Part shown: in pieces, positions 1 through 6,224 of the stretch
How positions within the stretch are numbered: position 1 is the stretch's first letter
Layout of the letters: the number at the start of each line of letters is the position of its first letter
Assembly: GCF_000253055.1 (NCBI RefSeq)
Contig: NC_016070.1
Span: 1,800,001-1,832,000 of the forward strand
Direction: 5' to 3'
Origin: Thermoproteus tenax Kra 1
GTDB lineage: Archaea; Thermoproteota; Thermoprotei; Thermoproteales; Thermoproteaceae
DNA length: 32,000 nucleotides
Notes under the pieces: model-generated
What the model was told of the DNA's origin: nothing
The model's input: only the letters and a program-made list of their open reading frames with translations
Databases searched by the model: none
Made by a program: the position numbers and the translations under genes

Positions 1-319
1 CCACCACAATGCCTCTCTCGTCCACTGTGGCCAAATTAGTTCTGAACGCCACATCGCCAGGTTTCAGGTCAACGCCGGCGCCCAGGGCCTCGAAGGCGCC
101 CCTTCCCGTGTAGTATTTATAGGGATCGTAGCCGAACAGAGCCAGATGCGCCGTATCGGAGCCCGGCCTTATCCCCGGCGCTATTGGATCCATCATGCCG
201 CAGGAGCCGTAGGAGGCCAAGCTATCTATCACCGGCTTAAGGGCGGCGAAAAACGGCGTCGTGCCCTCCCTTGGCCTATCGCCGCCGCCGTCGAACAATA
301 TCCAAAGCACTGATGTCAT
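1..319 (-). CDS. apgM: Cofactor-independent phosphoglycerate mutase, archaeal ApgM type. Only the N-terminal part is present; the gene runs off the window.
   Basis: Truncated, so absent from the ORF track. My translation of the minus strand from the ATG at 319 reads [95 protein letters not shown]... It contains the DGxGDRP and GSDTAHLxLFGYDP blocks typical of archaeal iPGM. A TATA-like GGATTAAAAACAA (338-350) lies about 25 nt upstream. Confidence 0.75.
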   Translation of the reverse strand, partial: MTSVLWILFDGGGDRPREGTTPFFAALKPVIDSLASYGSCGMMDPIAPGIRPGSDTAHLALFGYDPYKYYTGRGAFEALGAGVDLKPGDVAFRTNLATVDERGIVV

Positions 320-397
320 AACTCGAAGAAACTTCTGGATTAAAAACAATGTTGGGACGGCCCCCTAGGAGGGCATAGCTTGAGCGCTCAGGCGCAA

Positions 398-703
398 TCA
401 AGAGGTCTCCTGCTCTATCCAGGCGAGGTACTCCCTTAGGCCCTGAGTTATGGGCACAACTATTATTTCAGGCAGCTTGTAGGGATGAATCTTTCTCACC
501 TCCTCGATCAACTCTTGGACTTTGTCGGCTTTAGTTTTAGCTATCAATAACGCCTCTTTGTCCTCCTCGACTTTTCCCTCCCAACGATATACCGACTCAA
601 CGCCCACAATGTTGACACACGCAGCCAGCCTCCTCTCGACTAGATGGCGCGCTATCTTCTTGCCCTCAGACTCTGGGGCCGTTATATACGCTACTACGAA
701 CAC
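398..703 (-). CDS. cutA: Divalent-cation tolerance protein CutA
   Basis: A 101 aa ORF. The size and the pattern ...EGKKIARHLVERRLAACVNI..VESVYRWEGKVEEDKEALLIAKT...H.Y.LPEII..PI are characteristic of CutA1. Confidence 0.85.
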   Translation of the reverse strand: MFVVAYITAPESEGKKIARHLVERRLAACVNIVGVESVYRWEGKVEEDKEALLIAKTKADKVQELIEEVRKIHPYKLPEIIVVPITQGLREYLAWIEQETS

Positions 704-709
704 AGCCCG

Positions 710-1195
710 CTATCTTGTATCTAATTTAAGTTTGCATGTGGGACATAGAAGGGAGGCGACCTTGGCTCCGAGCTCTGTCAAACCTCCGTTTCTATCCGTC
801 AGCCCCATCTCGATGAACGCCCTATGTTGGACGCGGTGACCTCTACATATGTCTACCAACGCCCTTTTCTCCTCCTCCGACAAGACATCTAGGTAGGCCC
901 TAGGGCCTTCTCTGGCCACCTCCCTGAGCAGGAGTTCGCCGGCCCTCGAGAGTTTGTAGTATATGTGGTGTTTTCTGACCTCATTGCTGAGCTTGAACCT
1001 GGCCTTGGATCGCTTGAGCGTGTGACCTCCAACCCTCTCGATGAGGCCCAGCTCCTCCAGCCGCTCTAGGGCATCTATCACTTCAGAGAGATCGACCCTT
1101 AGATTCTTCGCAATAGATTTTCCATAGTCTATATAGGCCCTCTTTAGATGGAACAAAATATCAATATATAATTTTTTACGAAGTACATCTTTCAT
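710..1195 (-). CDS. Winged-helix DNA-binding protein (archaeal DUF2250-like) with a C-terminal CPTC motif
   Basis: A 161 aa ORF. It has wHTH-like segments (IAKNLRVDLSEVIDALERLEELGLIERV, then KRSKARFKLSNEVRKHHIYYKLSRAG). There is a 4-nt ATGA overlap with the upstream ORF. The family name comes from memory only. Confidence 0.5.
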   Translation of the reverse strand: MKDVLRKKLYIDILFHLKRAYIDYGKSIAKNLRVDLSEVIDALERLEELGLIERVGGHTLKRSKARFKLSNEVRKHHIYYKLSRAGELLLREVAREGPRAYLDVLSEEEKRALVDICRGHRVQHRAFIEMGLTDRNGGLTELGAKVASLLCPTCKLKLDTR

Positions 1196-1569
1196 TTAAG
1201 AAGAATAGGTATTATAAATATAGCGAAGAATAAATTGAATAATACAATTGAAGTTATTGCCACATATATATAGTTTTTCTCCTTGATAAACTGTATCAAT
1301 CCCATGGCAACTCTCACAATAGGAGTTGCGATGAGGACTATTAGGCCCAACATCATTATGTCGACACCGTTAAGTCTCGTGATACCTGCAAAAACCGCGG
1401 AAGGCTGTATCCTCGAGGAGTTTAGGAGGGAATGTGGGGTTGACAACTGGCTTAGCGCATCTGAGTTAGAGGGATTTGCGAATAAGACCACAAGACCTGC
1501 GATCACTAGCGCTATGCTCACCAATACTCCTATGCGCAGTGTATATCCTATGATATCCTCTAGCTCCAT
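1192..1569 (-). CDS. Small integral membrane protein (DUF1634-like partner of TauE exporters)
   Basis: A 125 aa ORF with 3-4 hydrophobic helices. It overlaps the end of the TauE gene by 10 nt. The C-terminal helix is encoded by strongly AT-rich DNA. Confidence 0.55.
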   Translation of the reverse strand: MELEDIIGYTLRIGVLVSIALVIAGLVVLFANPSNSDALSQLSTPHSLLNSSRIQPSAVFAGITRLNGVDIMMLGLIVLIATPIVRVAMGLIQFIKEKNYIYVAITSIVLFNLFFAIFIIPILLK

Positions 1570-2420
1570 ATCCCTAGGCCCCGTAATATCATTTGGATCC
1601 CTAGAATCGCAAGTATGGCCATGAAGATATAGCGTATGGTCACGTTCCTCAGCTTTATCAACACTCTAGCCCCTATGAAGGAGCCCGCCAGAACTCCGAT
1701 AGCTGTGACCGAGGCGAAGAGCGGCTGGATATATCCGAAGAACCAGTAGATCGAGCTGCCCGTGGCGGCAGTCACGCCGATCATAAAGTTGCTCGTCGTC
1801 GTCGAGACCTTGATCGGGAGATTCATGGCCCAGTCCATACCCAGCACCTTGAGGGCCCCGCTGCCTATCCCCAGAAGACCTGATATGAGCCCGGCGACGA
1901 ACATTATGGATTCGCCGAGCCACCAACGTACTCCGTGGTACTCGACCTCGCGCCCCAATACGGGGTCGTAGTATTTGCCATAGAGCTGGAGCCACTTGCT
2001 CCATCTGTCCGGCGGCTTGGGCTCGGGCAGCTCAAACTTAGATCTAGTTATCTGAGTATATATGGAGGACAGCAGCACTATGCCGAACACTACATATATT
2101 ATGCGTTGAAGTCCGTGGGCATAAACCCACGCGGCCAACAATGAACCTATTATCGATCCCGCCGTCGTCGCTATCTCGAGCGACATGCCTATTCTGACGT
2201 TGGCTACCCTATCTCTCACATATGCCGAGCCGGCGCCGCTCGACGTGGCTATTGTGGCTATCAAGCTGGCCCCCGCTGCGTACTGTATTGGTATCCCCAG
2301 AAATAACACATAGATAGGGACAAGAAATGTGGCGCCGCCGAGACCTGTCAGCGATCCCATAAAACCAGAGGCTATGCTTGAAAGAACCATGGCCGCTATA
2401 AGAAGGATCACATCAAGCAT
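1560..2420 (-). CDS. TauE/SafE (TSUP) family anion/sulfite exporter
   Basis: A 286 aa polytopic membrane ORF with the duplicated 4-TM TSUP layout. It is Gly-rich (GSLTGLGGATFLVP ... GLLGIGSGALKV). Confidence 0.8.
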   Translation of the reverse strand: MLDVILLIAAMVLSSIASGFMGSLTGLGGATFLVPIYVLFLGIPIQYAAGASLIATIATSSGAGSAYVRDRVANVRIGMSLEIATTAGSIIGSLLAAWVYAHGLQRIIYVVFGIVLLSSIYTQITRSKFELPEPKPPDRWSKWLQLYGKYYDPVLGREVEYHGVRWWLGESIMFVAGLISGLLGIGSGALKVLGMDWAMNLPIKVSTTTSNFMIGVTAATGSSIYWFFGYIQPLFASVTAIGVLAGSFIGARVLIKLRNVTIRYIFMAILAILGIQMILRGLGIWS

Positions 2421-2480
2421 GACTAGCTAAACAACTTGTATTAAAAAGATAAATCTATTTAATGGAGACGCGATTCTATA

Positions 2481-3317
2481 GTGACTCGGGGGGAGGAGAT
2501 CTACGAAGTCGGCGTGAAGCTAATCGAGGAGACGCTCCCCAGATACGATAGGGTAGCGAAGGCGTGGGAGATTTTGACGTCGGACGAAGAGATCGAGGCT
2601 TACCTACATATGGCGAACGTTTTCACAGTCAACAGACTACACTACAACGACCACGGACCCGTCCACTCGAGGATAGTTGCCGGTAGTGCCATGGCCATAT
2701 ACAGCATACTCTACCGCCGCGGTTTTCAGCCGAGCATCATAAGAGACGGCGTCGGCGATCTAGAGGACTCGCTAATTGTGACTCTAGTCGGCGCCTATCT
2801 ACACGATATAGGTAACAGCGTGCACAGGACACATCATCCCCTCTATTCCGCATATATAGCGGACAAGGTTGTTATGAAGATCCTTGAGCCCATATATGGG
2901 CTGACTAAAAAGGCCTTCATGTTGAAGCAGGAGATAATGCACGTGACGTTCTGCCACGATGAGGCCTACAACTGTCTGACGTTCGAGGGCGCCGTAGCCA
3001 AGATAGCCGACGGGACCGACATGGCCGAGGGAAGGGCAAGGATGCCGTACGAGATAGGCAAGAATGACATACACGCTCTATCAGCCTTAGCCATAAGGAA
3101 GGTCTATCTGGGGCCGGGGGACAACAAGCCGCTCGTGATATACGTCCACATGGACTCAGAGACAGGTATATTCCAAGTGGACGAGGTACTGGGCAAGAAG
3201 ATAGCGACATCGGGCCTTGCTCCCTTCGTGGAAGTCAAGACGTTCGTGCAGGGGAGGCCGTGGGTAGTGCGCACTTTCGAGACCACGCACGTGATACGAG
3301 GGCTTAATCAAGTTTGA
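2481..3317 (+). CDS. HD-domain metal-dependent phosphohydrolase
   Basis: A 278 aa ORF with a GTG start. It carries H..(GAYLHDIGNSVHRTHH) HD signatures. A TATA-like AAATCTATTTAATGG ends about 18 nt upstream. Confidence 0.75.
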   Translation: MTRGEEIYEVGVKLIEETLPRYDRVAKAWEILTSDEEIEAYLHMANVFTVNRLHYNDHGPVHSRIVAGSAMAIYSILYRRGFQPSIIRDGVGDLEDSLIVTLVGAYLHDIGNSVHRTHHPLYSAYIADKVVMKILEPIYGLTKKAFMLKQEIMHVTFCHDEAYNCLTFEGAVAKIADGTDMAEGRARMPYEIGKNDIHALSALAIRKVYLGPGDNKPLVIYVHMDSETGIFQVDEVLGKKIATSGLAPFVEVKTFVQGRPWVVRTFETTHVIRGLNQV

Positions 3318-4266
3318 CAATTCTCGATGCCCTCTCGAGATCTGATCTGATAACTTCAACGAACGCCTTAGCCTTAAGGCATGGGGGCGAGCCCTCGAGT
3401 ATTGGTATTATCTTAAGAATGAACTCGTACTCGCCTTCCGCCGCTGCGCTGTCAAGACTCTTGGAGACATCCCGGAGCTTAGAGATAGAGGTCCCCTCCA
3501 CGGGCTCCGACAAGACGATGAGACCTACCAACTTGCCCGTCTCTCTTACGAGCACATGGAAGATCTTGTCGCCGGCCCTTACGTAGGCTAGATGCATCGG
3601 CAAGAGGGCTATGTCGAGCCTCTCGAAGAGGTCTATCACGCTGTACAATGTCCTCTCTATCAGCGCATTGTAGCAGGAAGGCAACCCGTTTTTGTCTATA
3701 CACGAGAAGTTACAAGGCGTGCACGGAGGATGTATCACTCTCACGAACTCGCCTGTGTATTTCACTTCATCGGCCCTCAGAGTCTTCCCGTAGCTCCTCA
3801 GAGTCGTCTCAACCACCTCGCCCAATTTGTCGCACGACTCGCCGAGTTTCTCTATGATCTCTCTTATGATGCAGTTGCGGAGAGATATCTCTCGGAGCAC
3901 CGCTGCGGCCTCGGACCTCCTGCCCGAGTAGAGGAGCCTGCCGACCTCCAGCGCTTGTTTCGAGAAGACTCCGCCCGAGGAAAGGCCTAGGGCGCTCAAC
4001 GTCGGCGTTATAGTTCTGGTCAAACTTTTGTTGAGCCCTCTCTCCTCAAGATATCTCCCCACTACGGAGGCCACATCAACATCGCCCCTAAGGTAAGAGG
4101 TGTAGGCCGCCGAAAGTATCTCTAGGAGCCTCTCGGGCGGAACTCTGATGTACCACGAGTTATATATACATCCGTCCTCGAGAGCGCCTCTAAGCTCTGA
4201 GCACAGCTTCTCCAGATCGGCAACGCTCTTGACCTCATACAGCTTGTCCCCCACCTTGATCTGCAC
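3304..4266 (-). CDS. Hypothetical protein with an internal Cys cluster (HPPCTPCNFSCIDKNGLPSC)
   Basis: A 320 aa ORF with a GTG start at 4266. A TATA-like CTTTATAATTTA (4283-4294) lies upstream. I recognise no family. Confidence 0.5.
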   Translation of the reverse strand: MQIKVGDKLYEVKSVADLEKLCSELRGALEDGCIYNSWYIRVPPERLLEILSAAYTSYLRGDVDVASVVGRYLEERGLNKSLTRTITPTLSALGLSSGGVFSKQALEVGRLLYSGRRSEAAAVLREISLRNCIIREIIEKLGESCDKLGEVVETTLRSYGKTLRADEVKYTGEFVRVIHPPCTPCNFSCIDKNGLPSCYNALIERTLYSVIDLFERLDIALLPMHLAYVRAGDKIFHVLVRETGKLVGLIVLSEPVEGTSISKLRDVSKSLDSAAAEGEYEFILKIIPILEGSPPCLKAKAFVEVIRSDLERASRIVKLD

Positions 4267-4367
4267 GACATAGGAACATCGACTAAATTATAAAGCGTGA
4301 CGCAGGCAGGAGAATATATGGGTAAAACCTGGCGCCATCTAAATAAACCGGCTCTCACAACTCTGAG

Positions 4368-4745
4368 GTGCAAGCTCTCCTGGAGGAGGCCGTGGACGTC
4401 ATCATAAGCGGAGATAGAGAGCGGGCCAGAGAGCTCCTTGGGAAGATCCACAGAGAGAAGACGTTTATCCTCGCCGACTATTACCTGGGGGCCGATGTTA
4501 TGAGGGATGTCGCCCGATATCATGCAGTCCATATCGCAATTATGTCGCTGTTCCCGCAGAGTAAGAGCGGAGGGGGGCTGACGGGCTTGGATCTATCGCT
4601 TTCGTCGGCCTTCGCGCAAGCCCTCAGCACGTGCGGCCGTCTGGAGAGTGGCGTAGATGCCCCGCCCGAGTTAGCCAGTTTCTTTAAAGAGGTGGCCGAC
4701 TCACTCAACGAACTTGTACGGATCATATGCTTGAGGAGGAGGTAA
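4368..4745 (+). CDS. Hypothetical helical protein
   Basis: A 125 aa ORF with a GTG start. A TATA-like CATCTAAATAAACC (4336-4349) is centred about 25 nt upstream. No recognisable motif. Confidence 0.4.
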   Translation: MQALLEEAVDVIISGDRERARELLGKIHREKTFILADYYLGADVMRDVARYHAVHIAIMSLFPQSKSGGGLTGLDLSLSSAFAQALSTCGRLESGVDAPPELASFFKEVADSLNELVRIICLRRR

Positions 4746-4898
4746 AAAGGGCGGTGGAACTGGCCAAGCGGAGCGGGAGGAGGGGGTGGGTGTTAGTAAA
4801 ATTGCCCAACGAGTTGATAGGCGCCTTCCAGAGCCCCTCGGAGGCAAAGAGAGCCGCCAGAGAGCCGGGCGTGTACGTGTTGGTGGACAACACCTAAC

Positions 4899-4908
4899 GC
4901 TTTTAAAT
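4899..4908 (+). promoter_or_regulatory. TATA box for the leaderless ornithine cyclodeaminase-like gene
   Basis: CTTTTAAATT is centred about 23 nt upstream of the ATG at 4927. A perfect 6-bp inverted repeat, GTGTTG-gtgga-CAACAC (4876-4892), sits immediately upstream. Confidence 0.5.
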
Positions 4909-4926
4909 TGAGGCGTCCGACAACGC

Positions 4927-5796
4927 ATGCTCTTGATAGAGGACGTCGACAGCTTGGTGGATCCCGCAAAACTCGTTGAGGACATAGCTGTGGCGCTTAA
5001 GGCGGAGAGGGTTGTTCTGCCGAGGAGGGCGCTCCAAGTCTCGGGCCTCTGGTTTGCTCCAATGGCTGCTTACGTGCGCGGTATGGGCCTCGGTGCCAAG
5101 TTGGTCGGAATATTCCCCAGGGGGAGTCCGCCCGTGAGGGCACTCTCTGTGCTTTTCGATGCGGAGACCGGCGAGATTCTGGCCGCCGCCGACGGGACCA
5201 AGCTCACAGGCTGGAGGACGGCAGCAGCTAGCGCCCTCGCCGCCAGACTCCTAGGCGTCACAGAAGGCGCTATTGTGGGCATTATAGGCGCCGGCGTACA
5301 AGCCGAGTACCACGCGCGCGTCTTCAGAGCACTCTTCAAGCCGAGCAAGATATTTATCTACAGCAGGAGGAGAGCCGCCGAATTAGCCGGCAGACTGGGC
5401 CTCGTGCAAGCCCCTCTCGAAGCCGTCATGACGGCTGAAGTCATCATCGCCGCCACGAACAGCCAAGAGCCGGTAATCAAAGGGGCCCTCCTGAGGCGGG
5501 ATGCAGTCGTGATATCGGTGGGCGCGCCGAGACCCGTAAGAGAGTTGGACGAAGATACGAAAAGGAGAGCTTCGTGTGCCTTGATAGACAGCCCCGAGGC
5601 CGCTGAGGAGACGGACGATGTGGCGGGCCTCAAGACGACGACTCTTGAGAGCGCGTTGAGCGGGGCCGAGATATGCCGCGGCGAAATTAAGCTCTACAAA
5701 TCGGTGGGCTACGCGCCCTTCGATGTGGCAGCTATATACCACGTCTATAGGCGGGCGTTAGAGCTCGGCAGAGGCCGCTCTGCTCATTTAGGCTAG
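4927..5796 (+). CDS. Ornithine cyclodeaminase / mu-crystallin family NAD(P) enzyme (alanine dehydrogenase-like in archaea)
   Basis: A 289 aa ORF. The Rossmann motif GIIGAGVQAEYHARV and the upstream TG.RTAAASALAA block are typical of the OCD/mu-crystallin family. Confidence 0.8.
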   Translation: MLLIEDVDSLVDPAKLVEDIAVALKAERVVLPRRALQVSGLWFAPMAAYVRGMGLGAKLVGIFPRGSPPVRALSVLFDAETGEILAAADGTKLTGWRTAAASALAARLLGVTEGAIVGIIGAGVQAEYHARVFRALFKPSKIFIYSRRRAAELAGRLGLVQAPLEAVMTAEVIIAATNSQEPVIKGALLRRDAVVISVGAPRPVRELDEDTKRRASCALIDSPEAAEETDDVAGLKTTTLESALSGAEICRGEIKLYKSVGYAPFDVAAIYHVYRRALELGRGRSAHLG

Positions 5797-5849
5797 TCAG
5801 CTCGTCTCTTCCTGAGTCTCACCTATCGATCCATCGACCCGCTCATCAC
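5797..5849 (-). ncRNA. Candidate C/D-box sRNA with non-canonical internal spacing
   Basis: The minus strand reads GTGATGA(C)-GCGGGTCGATGG(12)-ATCG/TCGA(D'?)-TAG-GTGAGAC(C'?)-15 nt-CTGA(D), 53 nt in total. The D box starts 1 nt after the TAG stop of the convergent gene, the same TAG|TCAG junction seen at 11795-11801. D' is weak and the D guide is 15 nt rather than 12 nt. Confidence 0.35.
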
Positions 5850-5867
5850 CATTTAGATATATGTCAC

Positions 5868-6045
5868 TATGACCCCCTCCCCGCCTTATGCGGGGGCCGC
5901 ACCGTGGGGGCCTCGGCCGTTGCCCGGGGTTAGTGGGCCGCGGCGGGTGTCCCCCGCCGGGGCCATCTTACACGCAGGCCGACCCGCCGTATGGCGCGCA
6001 CCGCTATTTAAGCCTTCCTCCGCCCTCTTCACTGCTCTGCCATGA
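5868..6045. ncRNA. GC-rich, highly structured non-coding segment: candidate stable RNA of unknown class, strand unresolved
   Basis: The G+C content is strikingly higher than in the flanks. Several strong hairpins are present: 5879-5895 (CCCCGC/GCGGGG), 5936-5964 (11 bp plus 1 mismatch), 5985-5996 (CGCC-GUAU-GGCG), and GGC-CUCG-GCC near 5909-5918. The only ORF here (5888..6097) is G/P/R low-complexity. TATA-like boxes flank the segment on both strands (5851-5863, and 6044-6060 on minus). Confidence 0.4.
5871..5895 (+). repeat. Hairpin-family copy A (5' flank GACCCCCT plus hairpin CCCCGC-CTTAT-GCGGGG)
   Basis: It shares GACCCCCTCC(C/T)CGCC with 31819-31833. Confidence 0.45.
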
Positions 6046-6065
6046 AAAATATAGATTAAATCCAT

Positions 6066-6099
6066 CCCCGCTTGAAGGGCGGGGCTTTCTGTTGTAAAT
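6066..6099 (+). repeat. Hairpin-family copy B (hairpin CCCCGC-TTGAAGG-GCGGGG plus tail CTTTCTGTTGTAAAT)
   Basis: The tail matches CTTTCTATTGTAAC at 31847-31860. It also resembles the minus-strand tail CCTTCGGTTATAAAGG at 17845-17860. Confidence 0.45.
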
Positions 6100-6193
6100 A
6101 TCCTTTAGCTCCTGTTAACGATATATTTTCGATATATACAAATATATATAATATTATTTATTTAGAGCGATAGAGCCCTCTGAAGCTCCTTAA

Positions 6194-6203
6194 GTTTTTA
6201 AAT
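6194..6203 (+). promoter_or_regulatory. TATA box for the radical SAM gene
   Basis: GTTTTTAAAT lies 22-31 nt upstream of the ATG at 6225. This argues for that ATG rather than the GTG at 6204. Confidence 0.5.
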
Positions 6204-6224
6204 GTGCTTCGACATATAATACCA

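Noticed and set aside
1140-1300. Very AT-rich stretch that looked like an insertion or intergenic promoter
   Set aside because: It is fully explained by coding. It covers the Ile/Phe/Lys/Asn/Tyr-rich C-terminal helix of the DUF1634-like protein and the N-terminus of the wHTH protein, which share a 4-nt ATGA overlap.
4727-4936. 69-aa ORF starting at the ATG at 4727 (not in the supplied track), and an alternative frame ending ...EPGVYVLVDNT* at 4896
   Set aside because: The second half (RSRACTCWWTTPNAF...) is not protein-like. The nicer-looking frame has only a 37-codon GTG-initiated ORF. There is no promoter element and no recognisable motif. I treat the region as non-coding, and I cannot support a frameshifted pseudogene.
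5888-6097. 69-aa ORF (MRGPHRGGLGRCPGLVGRGGCPPPGPS...) across the GC-rich segment
   Set aside because: The Gly/Pro/Arg low-complexity composition is what arbitrary translation of GC-rich structured DNA gives. It has no properly spaced TATA and no recognisable motif.
6079-6099. The ...ACAA(C/T)AGAAAG words (minus strand of copies B and D2), reminiscent of the ATTGAAAG end of crenarchaeal CRISPR repeats
   Set aside because: Only the last roughly 14 nt are shared. The upstream parts differ, there is no regular repeat-spacer periodicity, and the copies are 26 kb apart. This is not a CRISPR array.
5868-6100. Assigning the GC-rich segment to RNase P RNA (type T), SRP RNA, 5S rRNA or an intron-containing tRNA
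   Set aside because: - **RNase P:** the minus strand has GAAAGCCCCGCC (CR-I-like), AAGGCTTAAATAGCGG (CR-IV-like) and CATAAGGCGGGG (CR-V-like, able to pair with the first). However, no P1-P3 helices precede the CR-I-like element, and an AT-rich stretch interrupts the would-be catalytic core.
- **SRP RNA:** the helix-8 signature (CAGGCCCGGAAGGGAGCA-like) is absent.
- **5S rRNA:** the CCGAAC...GGAAGTTAAGC core is absent.
- **tRNA:** there is no GTTCRAATC T-loop and no consistent cloverleaf.

I therefore leave it as unknown rather than naming it.
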